From: Acanthaster planci | Taxonomy: Eukaryota | Length of the DNA: 64,000 bases | Assembly (NCBI RefSeq): GCF_001949145.1 | Contig: NW_019091362.1 | Span: 2,239,838-2,303,837, forward strand | Reading direction: 5' to 3' | Shown: positions 48,626 to 61,970 of the stretch, in pieces | How positions within the stretch are numbered: position 1 is the stretch's first letter | How the letters are laid out: every line of letters starts with the position of its first letter | Position numbers and translations under genes: made by a program | The notes under the pieces: generated by a model | Told to the model about the DNA's origin: nothing | The model's input: only the letters and a program-made list of their open reading frames with translations | Databases searched by the model: none

Positions 48626-49116
48626 NNNNNNNNNNNNNNNNNNNNNNNNNNNNNNNNNNNNNNNNNNNNNNNNNNNNNNNNNNNNNNNNNNNNNNNNNNN
48701 NNNNNNNNNNNNNNNNNNNNNNNNNNNNNNNNNNNNNNNNNNNNNNNNNNNNNNNNNNNNNNNNNNNNNNNNNNNNNNNNNNNNNNNNNNNNNNNNNNNN
48801 NNNNNNNNNNNNNNNNNNNNNNNNNNNNNNNNNNNNNNNNNNNNNNNNNNNNNNNNNNNNNNNNNNNNNNNNNNNNNNNNNNNNNNNNNNNNNNNNNNNN
48901 NNNNNNNNNNNNNNNNNNNNNNNNNNNNNNNNNNNNNNNNNNNNNNNNNNNNNNNNNNNNNNNNNNNNNNNNNNNNNNNNNNNNNNNNNNNNNNNNNNNN
49001 NNNNNNNNNNNNNNNNNNNNNNNNNNNNNNNNNNNNNNNNNNNNNNNNNNNNNNNNNNNNNNNNNNNNNNNNNNNNNNNNNNNNNNNNNNNNNNNNNNNN
49101 NNNNNNNNNNNNNNNN
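48626..49116. other. Assembly gap
   Basis: N run. Confidence 1.
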
Positions 49117-52100
49117 GGAATGAAAATACAGGCATGACGTCTTGACAAGAAAGGGTACTTTCTAAACAAGACCGTTTCTTGATATTGGCATGCGCTTCTT
49201 CAGTTCATTGTTAATGTCTGGGAGGGAATTTAACAAGTCCAAGATTTTGACTAGGAAAATCGGGCCATTACCGTGCACGCTTGTTAACGTAGTCCCGTGT
49301 GTTTCGCAATAAAAGTCTTGGGAGCATGCATTGATTTGTGTGTTGAAACAAATCAGTAACTGAGCCTTGAAATGAAGTTCATTTTATCCATGGTGAACGA
49401 TGGAACGACCAGAATCCATCCAATAAAAAGGACTGGTTTGTTTGGCATTCATTCTTTGGGCAGAAGTTAACGAACCTTCACTGAGACCCTGAGAGAGAGG
49501 TCCAAGCGCGAAACGATATTGACACTAGTGTTTAGCAACGAAACAAGAAATTACAGCCAAAACACAAGGGTCAGAACTTGATGTTGTGCTCTTTAGCAAA
49601 ATGCAATTTCTTACGACGTATATCAGAGCCCTTCAAATAGCAATAGGAAAAACACGGCTCTTAAACGTTTCATATTTTTTCCCGCATCATCAATCATTGC
49701 TGATCAAACCTCAGGCACTGTGCATGGATAAACAACTGTTGCCGTTGTTGACATTTCTTCATTATTCTGCTCCTTGGCAGTCTTCTTCTCAAGTTAATTA
49801 GCACCCTAAGGGTTCACGCGCTATGAATAATTACCATAAGTAACAATGGCCGTTGGCAGCCTTTGATACTGCAATATTTTAACGAGCCGAGGGCACATTT
49901 AGAAAGCGTCTGACACGAACTCCAAACACCACTTTGAAGGCAAAAATGTACAATTATCTACGTTTCCACACGTAGGAAGCTTCAACAAAACGACTAATAC
50001 CGAACAGGGGAATGAACGGTTGTGGATAATCAGCGTTATATATTGGCGTTTACGTGAGAATGCCCTGAGCTTAAACAGTTTCGACTGACACTTTAAAAAG
50101 CAAAACTAAACTGGAGTGATTGTCACTTGCTCGAGGGAATTACAGAAATCGGTTCTACTCACTGTTCATGTCTCAGGGAAGAAGGATTCCTGTACCTCGA
50201 ATCGAAAAAAGAGAAACCCACCGTGACAGCACAAAATCAAAATACATATTTATGACGACAACGCAACAAGTAAAGTTTTACACAATGGCCCCTTTTCGCA
50301 GGAGCAAGTGAGGTCATATCGTTCGGTACACAAACCTTCGCCAACAGCCGCCAACTGTGGAAAATAGAGGCTAAGCCAATAAGTTCAATAAATTAGGGAA
50401 AAAATGAAAAGCTTGTCGATACAAGTAATTACTATGTACAAAATAAATGGGACCAGTCCCATCTGTGCCCATAAGATTCCTAAACGATTACGACTCACAT
50501 GGTCATTTATACGGAAGACGGGGGGAGACGAGGATACGTGCACTTCAAAATTTTCAACGACTATCAAATAATCAGTTTTTAGCAAGTTTTGAGATGTATT
50601 GTTTATTCAGTATCGTTTTCATCTTCAGAGGTCCTATGATTGCGAAAATCAAGCAGTGTATGAGCCACATAAGTTAAACTGGTGGCCTAACGCATCTTCA
50701 GTTTCGAGAGTATTATTGACACCCAGCCCAAAATGAACCTTTTGATGTCCAAAAACGACCATTCAATTTCATCTGGGAACATGCCAACATGATTTCTAGG
50801 CACCTGAGCATTCCCCAGCTCGCAATTGGTCGTCCGAATTTATTTCTGGGCAAGCTTTCTGTGACGTTAATTTGTCCGCGTGAATTAAAAAGAAAACTTT
50901 AAGATGCCTGTCCAGGAACTGAACAGCAATGAACGAATGACGCAAAACCGATTCACTAACTGGAGAAGGCGGAATGTGGAAAAACAATCAACCAAAAATG
51001 ACAAGACACTGACAAAACCTAGGAGAATAGGCCTATAGTTCAAAATAAATCAAAATAACTATACCGTAACATCCGTGGGTTATAGGGGGAATTTTACCCC
51101 CCACCGCAATTTGGGTGGCAAGTGCCGTTTCCCCCTAAGTGCCCTATTTAGTCCCCAGCATGTCCTTTCCCCCCCCCTATGCGTGCCCCTTTTACCTCTA
51201 GTATCTTGTAACAAGTGCCCTCTTGTCCTCAAAGGAGCCATATTCTTTCCCGTAAGTGCCCCTTTTCACGGGTGCACTTTTTACACGGCGCACTGCACTA
51301 CTGTCACAACGAACGACTGAAATTGGGCGGCGGTTTATGAAGAGCATCGGCTATAGTGTCCGATGCTACATGTCCGCATCGAACAGCCATTAAAGGATGG
51401 CGTGCCCCCCCCCCTATTTAATCGGCCTTTCTTGCTCCATTGAACTCCCAAACTGCTGATAAATTGAAAACACAGCGACATTTATTATGACGTACCAAAT
51501 TTAAAAAAAAATACGTGATCAAAAACAATCGGCAACTGCAGTTGTATGAGTTAAACATAGCTCTCGAAACTCCCTTGAATTCGCATAGTCTGTAAAAGAG
51601 ATTGACGTAGTTTTTCATTTCAGACAATCTGAGAAAATGAAATGACGGCTGGCAACGGCTGGACATCTGTAAAAGCAACGACGTAAATTCTATTTGCGCT
51701 GTCCGAAAACTTGAATGCATAATGACGACCGCGTATATATCGGTGGCAAACACATTACGCCCCAGTAATTAGAGACCAACTCTAACGATGCTAACTTTTC
51801 TCATATTGATTCCTATTTAGAAGAATTTAAACACCACCTTCCCTTGCTTTTCTACTAAGCTCGAGGTGCAGATTGTCCCAGGCTCTGTAAGAGGGCCAGG
51901 TTTTTAAATTGAGCTTCAAATCATAATTATGTTGTGTCCTTAGGCAGGCCATTTTACCACTGCACTCAAGGGTATAAATAGATCACTGCGTCACACTGGG
52001 GAAGCAACCTGGCATTTTGTTAACGGGAAACGTGAGTATTCAAAATCCAGGGTAACCGCCGACGAATGTGGCTCTGGTGAGCCACTATCGATTATCACAT

Positions 52101-55100
52101 ACCTGGACTTTTTTTCAATAAGGGGTACACACAACCACAAAACGACAGGCATGAAAATTACCGCACTCACGCCCACATCCACCTATCCTCGATATCCTGG
52201 CCTTTTTATTTGTCAGTAACAAATTACTATGCTGCTCAATTTAAAAACCTTTTAACGTGATGGAGACACCAAAAAAAATGAATCCGTTCTGCTACATTTA
52301 CGTCACACACGACACCAAAGTCCCCGCATCATGAATATTTCATTCGAAATAAAAATCAAAAGACGCAATTTCTGAGTGCAACAAAATGCTAAGTCTCTGT
52401 TTATTATTCCCAGGTGTGACGAACTGCAGTGCTTGGTACATAGGGTGAATGGCAGGGAAAAGGTTACCCCAACAAACACTATGTGTAGAACAAAATCTTA
52501 TGTGGCAAACCACGAACACAAGTTACATTAAAACATAAAAATAAATCCACAATTACTGAAGTGAAATTGGTCATTTGGTAAAAAAGGTTTTTCGGATTTC
52601 ATCCACTTTTGTACATATGCAGATTTGGAATGTGAGCGCCCATCTCCGATTCAAATGTAAAACGGAGGAACCTTTTCGACAAAAAACTCAAATGAGAGCA
52701 GCAATTGACTTTTGAATAATTCTATGCCTAAAAATATTTAGATTTGCCTTTTATATACAATTTGCTTCAAATGCTACCAAATGAACTGCATCTCTATAAT
52801 AAGCTTTATACAAATCTTTAAAACATGTCAAAGGACAAAGTACCAATATAATTATCAATATTTCATTCATTCACTTTGAAGTACGACAATTTGGCACGAC
52901 AAAATGTTAACACTTAGACAAAATAAACTGACACGGATACACCACAAAACGTCCCATATTAGCCCACGTTCCCGGAGTATGGAAATTTCTGCGATATCAA
53001 TACAACCTCCCACCCGTGTTACGCTCAGAATTGTTTGTTCCTGACCTGTTCGAGTAAATTAAACGTATATTCAGTCACTGCAATTGTTTCTTAATTTCAT
53101 TATCTCTTTACCCCCAATCCCCATCCAATCCAAATGTGTTATGATTTCGAAAAAGTACTGCAAGTACATGTCCCTTTTTAATTCACTCGTGTAAGATCAC
53201 CTCGTTCGGGAACTCTCAGGTTTGGCATCAACCAAAGAGACATGACGTTTCCTAATACCCCTGTAACGTTTCCTCGCAAGTTTCACTTTGATGAAGAATA
53301 AATAAATTCTCCGAAACTGCAAAGGAGCGGTGAAAGCTCATTAGGTTTTTTGTTTTGTTTTATATTTGATGTCTGTGGCTTACTAATAAATATGCCATAC
53401 GAACAGCTTAAACTAGACATGGCCGCAAAGGATGCGGACTTTCAACGAAAAAAAAACCTTAAAAATTCATGCCCACGGGTATCCATTGATCCTTAATTAC
53501 GGCTTGACTATCCCATCTGCTATTTTGCTTCGAAGTACTTAGGGCTATCATTACAGTTCTGGCAGATATCTCATCTATACAAAACTCCTTTTCAAATCAT
53601 TAGGAATATAATTGGTACCACATCATGCTTTAAGGTAACAGATAGAAAATCATGTATAAAAATTATAGCAATAAACACTACAATAAATATATCTGACATA
53701 TTTCAATGGCATATTTTTAGCATTATCAACGCCAGTACACATAAAACATCAAAAATGAATGCCAAAAATTAACCCCAAAAACAAAACACAAAACGAAGAC
53801 GAACAGATCAAAAACAGAACGAAATATAATTTTTTTCTAAAAAAAAGGCCGATTCACTCCTTCAATTCCCTGGAAACCTGAACAGTGCACAGGTTAACAG
53901 AACCATCAAAAGTAACGGAAATAGTTTCTCGTTTTTACTTTCAAAAGTAAGTAAAATAACGGAGCCTTTTTTCTGAAGGTAAATTCATACCTTCATATAC
54001 TTCAGGAACACGTGTACAAATAAGATAAGCATATAATTTCAGCTCCCTGGCTTTTGAGAAGTGGGTTAAAATCAGTAGAAATGTACAACCGACTAAGGAC
54101 AGCGTAGAATAGACTCTAGATTAATTTTGCTTTTATTTGCCGGTGGACAGCTTTTGGTGGACGAACGCCACTCATTCACACATACAGAAACGTTCATCTG
54201 CAGCATTTATCACCCCGGTAACCTAGATCCTCAAAACCTCATTTTTGATACCTACCTCTTCAAATCCACTGAGTCATTGACAGACAGAGGACTGCAGCTC
54301 TAGCCCGGCCAATACTGTTTGCATGCTGATGAAATATTCCCAGTTCAGCTGAACTATACAAAGTGATTCACTCTCTGGGACTTCAGAAAAAATCTCGCCA
54401 AGATTCGCAATATATGATGGACAGGGGATAGACTTACAACGATAAATAAGTAGTCTCAGATTCGATCCCTAAACTCAAAGTCTTGAAACCTTACAGGTGC
54501 TTTTTTACGGGTGATGTTGAAGATGTATAGTCGATATCTACCGACAACCTTTTTGCCAGGAGTGGGTTTGTGCCACTTATACCGTGAGATAATGACAGGT
54601 TTACATTTCATCAAGCACAAACCGGCTCCAAGTCCGAGATATAATGAACAAATAACTCAAAGTGTGACATACGTACTAATGAGAGTGGTACAAAGTCTCA
54701 ATTTCGACATCATTCTCAATGCGTTTCTTTGTGCAAAAAGGAACTTTGTGTTGCTTTTTCTCTCCAAAAATGAAACAGGTGTTTATGCGTTAGTCTTTTC
54801 AGGGTGATTTAAAAAAAATCCCTCGCTGCTGAAAAGAAGACGGCAGAAAAGTGCCTTGACATTATGAAACAAGACCTCCGGTCTTTGCCACTTGAATCTT
54901 CTGGAGAATTTCGTTGGTAACATGAGGGTGGGTGAACATAATCGTGGGGGAAGATTATCATACGTCAAGGCAAGCATCCCTTTGGAAAATACCATTAACA
55001 AGTAATCCTTTACGATGTGGGCGACATCTACGAACGTCCGGGGGTTTCAGCAGATTTCATTAATGACACTACAAACTGATATCCTATACATTAAATGTAC

Positions 55101-56367
55101 GTGCGTAACACTGTAGAAGTGCCAATTTGCGGTGCCAGTGTTGATTTCGTCCAGCCCAGATCCAGTATTTTCTACAGCTTAAGGTAAAAAGAATATAAAA
55201 AATACTGACACCCTCTTTCAGAACTAGTTTTGATCGCACCTTCAGGGAAACTCTAGATATGTACTATTCGTTGCTACTCGCGAAGCCTAAAATGTTTTTC
55301 CCGCGGGTGCTGTGAATTATATGCAATATGGATCGACTGAAGGGGGGCCTGTATGCAAAAACAGCCAGTCCTAAGATGTTACCATCGTCGTCAAGCATGC
55401 AAATCAGAGGCAGAAATGAGGAAATTCCGAGCTGCACACAAATCTGTAGAGTTTCTCGGTTGGTAATTGCAACCGAAGAAAAAGGAAATCAGATGAGCTG
55501 AGGAAGAAACTGCTTGTCTAGAACACGGATCGACGACTGTACCCTAACATGGGGTCACTTGCAGCCATTTTTCACATGTATGTTATCATTTCTTCTCAGT
55601 TAAAGACAACCAATTTCAATTTCCCTCTTTTCAGAGATGCTGAAAAAAAAGGAAATTTCAAAATTTATTGGTGTCCTGGGGCTTCAAAAAGGGGTGACCA
55701 AAGTTACCCTGGGTTTGGGGCAACATTGGCCACCTTTGGTTTTTGGTCATCAAAATGGAGCACGAGTTGCCAGTTTGGCAAATGTTGCAAAAGGGTATTA
55801 ATGGGCATGACGCGTGTCACAGTAAGAAGTCTGATTCCTGATTACACTGCCACAACATTATAAAGGCCAACAGTCAGTGACAAGATTTTTTTTGGTGACC
55901 GTTTCTGTTGCTTAATTCTTCTGTAGAGCCGAGGTGGGCAAGGCAGGCAGAGCAATATAGCATTCAATAAAACATTTTGCACAATTAATACATTTGAGAC
56001 AACATTTTATAGTGCAGAAGTTGGTAATTCTACAAGTTGTTTGGCGTCATTTACCTCCCACTGATTAAAAAACCTGTACAGAGAGTAACGACCACAGCTA
56101 TATCCAAACGTTTGGATTAATGAAACGTCATCACGGTCTCCTAAAATACAAGCCTCCAATCACGATACCAAAGATTGTTTGTAGCTCCAAGTACATTTGA
56201 AATACTGGTGTCACTGCAGAACACACGTCTGCAGAGTGAAAGATATCCATGAAAACACTACATGGAAAAAACAGGTGTAAGGCGGTGCGTTGGATGACTG
56301 AACACTGATCGCTGGCTCCTCATTTACTTCAAAGGTCCAACTGCCTTTGCAGACGTACAGGTTCAAA

Positions 56368-56426
56368 GAGACGCAGACAGACGCAGACAGACGCAGACAG
56401 ACACAGACAGACGCGGACACGGACAG
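56368..56426. repeat. 10-bp tandem repeat (AGACGCAGAC)n just after the MGAT5 stop
   Basis: About 5 copies read directly. Confidence 0.85.
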
Positions 56427-56441
56427 AGGAAGTTTCATTCA

Positions 56442-56646
56442 TCATAAAATGCACTCTTTGCATAAGGCCACTTGTCCCCTGATGTAGGTGCGGCAGGGAC
56501 ATATCCGCCTCAGGTCTCGGTCCTGACTGGCGCAGCTGTAGAGGAGGGGTCGGCCCTGTAGCTTGCAGGATGATCGGACCGGGTTGACAGCGGGAACAAA
56601 GACCTCCTCCATCGACTCTAGTGAGGAACACGAGCTCCTAAAGTTT
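56442..56646 (-). CDS. MGAT5: MGAT5 last coding exon (...RICPCRTYIRGQVALCKECIL-stop)
   Basis: cgcAG acceptor in phase 2; canonical GnT-V C-terminus. Confidence 0.94.
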
Positions 56647-59600
56647 CTGCGTGGCAAAAGGGGTGAAAAATAGGACTGTGGTGGGCAAACATTGCCAGCG
56701 ATGACTGGAGACAGAGTTGTTGAATACTTTTCAAGTAATTTCTGAACTGCTAAGTCATTTGTGAGAAACACTGACAAAAGACAGCTAATGAAGTCAGAGT
56801 TAGAACAAAAAAAGTTGGGACTTTTTGGATATATCTGAAATTCTTTTTAGTTAAACCTAAACCCTCAAGGGACCATAGAAACTATGCAAATATCTTATTA
56901 TATACAGCATGGTTATTTGGTTAGGGTTAATCTTGAGACCAAAGTACAGGAAATGTACTCGGTGAATGGTATTTACTAGGTCACGCTACAAAGTTTTACT
57001 CAAACCAAACCGTCTAAACATTTGGCAATAAACTTGGTACTTGGAAAGTACTTGACAAAAACTTTTGCTGGAATAAGAACTGAATTGGCTGAAGCTAGGA
57101 GTTGAAATCAAACGCATCACACATGAGGAAACTACAGTGGACTCAAACAGGTCGGTGTCTTTTAATCAAAATCCAAAGAATGTACTTGATGCTGGTTGGA
57201 GTTTGGTTGGAGTCCCAGAGAATTATTAGATAAAACATGTAGGTGATTTTGGACTCGTACACTTTTTTTCTCTGGTGCCTAGAGTTGCGCAAGGATTCAA
57301 CTGTTGGACTCTAGGAGCTACAATTCACCTGTGTGGGATTCTCTTGCTATATAGCTGTCTTACAAACATAAGACAACTTATTGCAGCTCTAAACCAATGA
57401 TATCTACAAACTACCTGGCAGTGTTGTATTCAAGACCTTCACAAGACCACTCAAGACCTCCAGTTTGAATTCAAGTCACAAGCTATTCAAATGAACTGCA
57501 ACGAAAGCATTCCTAAGTTATCGTTCACCCTGCTAACTGTGACTGGTCTTGTGCATGGTCTTGTGTCTGGTCTTGTGCCCAGTCTTGTGATGGTCTTGTG
57601 CCTGGTCTTGTGTCTGGTCTTGTGTCTGGTCTTGTGCATGGTCTTGTGTCTGGTCTTGTGCATGGTCTTGNNNNNNNNNNNNNNNNNNNNNNNNNNNNNN
57701 NNNNNNNNNNNNNNNNNNNNNNNNNNNNNNNNNNNNNNNNNNNNNNNNNNNNNNNNNNNNNNNNNNNNNNNNNNNNNNNNNNNNNCTGGTCTTGTACATG
57801 GTCTTGTGTCTGGTCTTGTGCCCAGTCTTGTGATGGTCTTGACTACAACACTGCTGCCTAGATAGTGCGTGCCCGTGCAGCCATGCACCAACAAATGCCT
57901 CCAAAGATGGCAGCCATCACATTCCATGCAACAGGGTGCACTGTACTCATTTGTAAGTTCTCAAGCTTTGGAGCAGTATCAGGCCACAACTAAATAATTT
58001 GTGGATAAACATGTGGGCACTTTTTATGTAAGTACCCCTGGAAAAAATAGCGACAAACTGAGCGCACATAAAATGCCTGGAAGAGTTTGGACACAATAGC
58101 CCACTGTGAGTATGATCTCAGAGTCTCTTGGTTAGACTTCAATTAAGCACACAGGTGCATTTGGGCCCCTAAAGTTGGTGCCCGGGGACATCTAGACCTC
58201 CTTTTCTTCACCCTATCCAGTCAATGCTCTAAACTCCAATTCTGCTCCTCCATGATGGTGAAACTTACTTTTCTAAAACATCTCTGTAGTTGAGGAGATG
58301 GAACCACGCGGGCTCGCATATTAGATCTGTGGAAAAGGGGAAAGAAATTGACTGATAAAAACAATGTAGGGTCACTTCCATATGGGTAAATTTATATCCA
58401 TGAATGCGTACTTCGAGAACAGCCTGATGGGACCTTCAATTGAGCAAGAATCTCTTACAATTAGGGAGTCTGGGCTCAGACACAAATACTAGGTTTGGGA
58501 AGTGGCTTACATTTCAACCAAAGACCAACGTCTGACATAAACAGAAGCAAAAAGAACAGATTGCACAAGAAGAATGTTCTCTTAAGTTATATATTGCACA
58601 GAGGGGTGCGTGCAATCCTTTTTCATCAGAATGAGCACAAAATTGCAGCATCTTGCCGTGAGCAGAATGAAACTGGGCACAGCAAGACAGTAGTGGCCCC
58701 AATTATCATTTAACGACAATGATCTGCTGTATTTCTCAGAAAAATTAACTCACCATCCCTCATGCATCGTTTGTTGCACGATTCATTGATGTCGCTCACT
58801 TTGACGTGCATGGCCGACTTTGGTGGCCAAGACTTGGGCCGACTGCAGAAGTCCTGGAAGCAAGCCGAGCATTGTGGTTATTGACCTGTTAATGGCGGTT
58901 TTTATGCAATCAAATATTAGCGTCTAAGGGAGCCCTACTAGGGATGAATGGCAACCAAACTGGACCAGGGAATATAGAAAAAGTTCCCAAGTTCTATTTT
59001 TGCTTCAAATGGGTGGTCCAGTCAGTTTGACTAGAAATGAAAATCTGAGGTGAACCGATGCGATCACTTTACCTGTTTCTCAATGTAGATACTGAGTCTC
59101 TGCAGCATGCCTTCACACTGGAACTCGTAGGGTAGGTAGGGTGGAGGTGCTGCAGACTGGCTGATCTCATCCACAACCGCCTGTAGGGCTGTGTAGTTCT
59201 GAATGTCGATGGTCTGCACATGGGGCTTGCCGATGTACAGCTCGGCATATGGGTGCTGTGATGTCAGCTGTGGTCGGAGTCGATCCAAAGAAAATTTGGG
59301 GCAATTATGTGGATAAGTCTTTAAAAGCTACCGTGAGGCTCACAAATGGTACAGGCATGCCCCTTGGCAGGGACACTGCTGTCGAAACAATCTGTGTCGA
59401 GTTAATTTTCTGAGGGCTTTAGAGTTGTTCCACAACACATCTTTTTTAGGATCCCGTTAGATCTATCACAGAGTGTTTGACTCAAAACTGGGATAAAGAC
59501 TTCCACATGAACACCTAATCTTGTGACTTGTGACTTTGTGCACACAACAGAACCGAATGACTTTGAAATGTATTTTGAACGGCTTACGCAGGAAGAGAAT

Positions 59601-61970
59601 ACACAAAAACAAACTAATGGTAACCTGATCTGGGGCAATCCACTTTTTGTCATTTTCACAAGCATAAAAAAGTATGGTAGGAGAGGTGGGGTTTACAACT
59701 TGTGTATGCTCTCATAAACTTGGAAAACTGATGATCAGCCATTACTTTCTTGTGTATGCTTTGGGGATGGATCAGAGATCTGAGGAAATGAGTACATTTC
59801 TGCGCACCCGTGAAAATAATAAGAAAAACTTATGACCCTTTAATTTGCCGTGATTTCATAGAAGTTCCCTAACAGAAAAATCAAGGTACGTGTACAATCA
59901 AGTCAAAGACTGGAACAACTAACGGCAAAATGGGAAGAAAATGAAAAGGTAAGGGAAAAATGGTAGAAATCATGAAGGACCCTACAGACTAATCTAAGTA
60001 GACACCATTACCGTGGTGACCCCACACTCAAGAGGGTGTTTTCACACTTAATGTACACGTTCATTTTGGCAGTTACATCACCTGCTGGAAGAAGAGGCAT
60101 GTAATGAGCTTTTGTATCACCTGCGAGAGTGTATCACCTGGGTTGTCACCGCGATAATGGTTTCTGATTTTTGGTTGCCAAATTAATTCTGTGGGACTTG
60201 CTGCAAGGGAAAGCTAGATGAAGATGAATATTCTCCTGCCTGTGATGAAAAACCAACCTCTCTGTCAGTGGGTTTATTCTTGAAGAACTTGGTGTTGGCT
60301 TTGCTCTTCGGAGGATCAAAGGATGGGTTGAGGAAAATACAGCCATTGGCTATGGCCTCTAGGGGTGCTGGCCCTTCGTAGGGGAAGCCTAGGCCCACAA
60401 ACAGCTGAAAGAGGCACAAATGTGCAAGTCAGGTTTAATTTGTCTCCTGAGGGCTTTAAATCTCGGGGTGGATCACAATAAGAGTCTTAGCGAGCTGGCT
60501 TCAACAATCGGAATCCAGCTTACTACTTTTCGCCGGATAAGGCACAGAACTTAATCCTTTGCAAAATAAAGCCGCTCTTAATAGCCCACTTGGAGTAATG
60601 ATCAATAAGCAAAATTTCCAATGGTGAGCGGCCAAATGCATATGTGCAATGTACATAACAGCCTACAAGTATATGTACACGTGCTGTACTGTGCTCACTA
60701 GCACTGGAAGCAGTTGCAGGCGCATCCTTGCAATTGCATTGCATGTATCTGTGACCAGACTTCATATACATGTCCATTCATTCAAAATGCACAGTGAATG
60801 TCACAGAATCTGTATTTGAAGTAGACCTTTGTGTCAACATATTTTTCTCAAGGAGAAAAATGAACATCCTCTGTCAATTCAATGCACTTCGATTCAAATC
60901 ACTCACAACTTCCTTCCACTAATGATCTACATATAAACAAAGTCTAAAAAGTAAATCCAACACACAGATTATCTTTAGTAAGGCAGCCCACACTGGGCTA
61001 AACCATCTTAAGACCAGCTTTAACACTTGACCTGCATCGCTGCCATGATTCTACCCACAGACCAGTGAACGACAACGTCGGAGCCTGTGATGCAGGTCGA
61101 ATGTAGAGGACCAGCTTAACACTCGGCACACGACATACGACAGACATGTAAAAATTGTAACTTTGAGTCTTCTTTGTTATCGTGGTGAGAGTTGGTCGTT
61201 TATATTATTTTGGGCATATGGAGCAGGTGTCTAATTGTATCTATGTACAAAACCACATGGCATACTGCTTTCCCCACCCCCTTCTCCACACTGCTTGCTT
61301 GTGTAAACAGACCCTACATGTGGAGCATTAGCTGTAAGTACCATGATTATGGAATCCTCAGTACTGAATGCAAAAATTAGGATTAAGGAACCTTGAGTAG
61401 ATTTCTGAAATCCTTAGAGGTTCATGCTTGTGAAGTACAAATTAACCCTTCCCATGCAGCGGTCATTAGGCGCGCTTTGCTCGTACCCACAATCCATGCT
61501 GGACTGGTCCCTTTTGACAACATTTAGTGAAGGGAATACCAATGACAAGGCACTGCGGGTTGCTTGTGGCCTCAATCGATGCACATTCAGATTTGAACCC
61601 GGTGTTGGTTCATTTTGTTGAAATGAGTTTAATTCCAGGAAAACTTGAAGGAATAATGTCATACATCCTGAAAGAATAAGCAAATTTAAGTCGGCTGTAA
61701 GTGATGCGGTAGCGGTTAGAGATGACAGAGGTCTGCAGTTGCCTGACTACAGACATCCAAACCTCCTTTCTCTCAACTGGTTGTCACAAAGTCACCTACC
61801 TTCGTCTGCAGAAGAAGATGCTGCAGGTCACGTCCAGAGAGGATTCCATGATTGTGGACGTAAGGCGGCACGGCCCCTACCTCATCTGTCTTGTTCTGAT
61901 CAATGTGCACAGTGGCATGGATCTCAAACTTCCGGTGGATGATGTCCAAAAACTTCATGGCATTGGCATC
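56442..61970 (-). CDS. MGAT5: Alpha-1,6-mannosylglycoprotein 6-beta-N-acetylglucosaminyltransferase (GnT-V, GT18), 3' part (last 291 aa); upstream exons lie beyond the window
   Basis: Join 61970-61800, 60404-60258, 59267-59073, 58853-58754, 58326-58269, 56646-56442 with consistent phases. Diagnostic motifs NHGILSGRDLQ, LFVGLGFPYEGPAPLEAIANGC, LTSQHPYAE, PYEFxCEGMLQR, CPCRxxIxGQVALCKEC. Confidence 0.95.
57543..57841. repeat. 12-bp minisatellite (CTGGTCTTGTGT-type) in the last MGAT5 intron, interrupted by a gap
   Basis: Units continue on both sides of the N-run 57671-57785. Confidence 0.9.
57671..57785. other. Assembly gap inside the minisatellite
   Basis: N run. Confidence 1.
58269..58326 (-). 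CDS. MGAT5: MGAT5 58-nt exon (DLICEPAWFHLLNYRDVLEK)
   Basis: ccacAG acceptor and GTaagt donor; LICEPxxF motif; phase 1 to 2 links the flanking exons. Confidence 0.92.
58754..58853 (-). CDS. MGAT5: MGAT5 exon (DFCSRPKSWPPKSAMHVKVSDINESCNKRCMRD)
   Basis: ttccAG acceptor and GTgagt donor; DFC...WPP..A...SC..C pattern; missed by the ORF track. Confidence 0.92.
59073..59267 (-). CDS. MGAT5: MGAT5 exon (LTSQHPYAE...IEKQ)
   Basis: cacAG acceptor and GTaaag donor; 65 aa matching GnT-V. Confidence 0.94.
60258..60404 (-). CDS. MGAT5: MGAT5 exon (LFVGLGFPYEGPAPLEAIANG...PTDRE)
   Basis: Closely matches the GnT-V conserved core; tttcAG acceptor and GTtggt donor. Confidence 0.95.
61800..61970 (-). CDS. 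MGAT5: MGAT5 exon (DANAMKFLDIIH...LLLQTK)
   Basis: ccccAG acceptor and GTaggt donor; NHGILSGRDLQ motif. Confidence 0.92.

Noticed and set aside
48378..49169. Long ORFs of 170-255 aa
   Set aside because: Artefacts of reading through N runs.
57487..57927. Repetitive ORFs (HKTRHKT, LCLV)
   Set aside because: Translations of the 12-bp minisatellite and the N gap.
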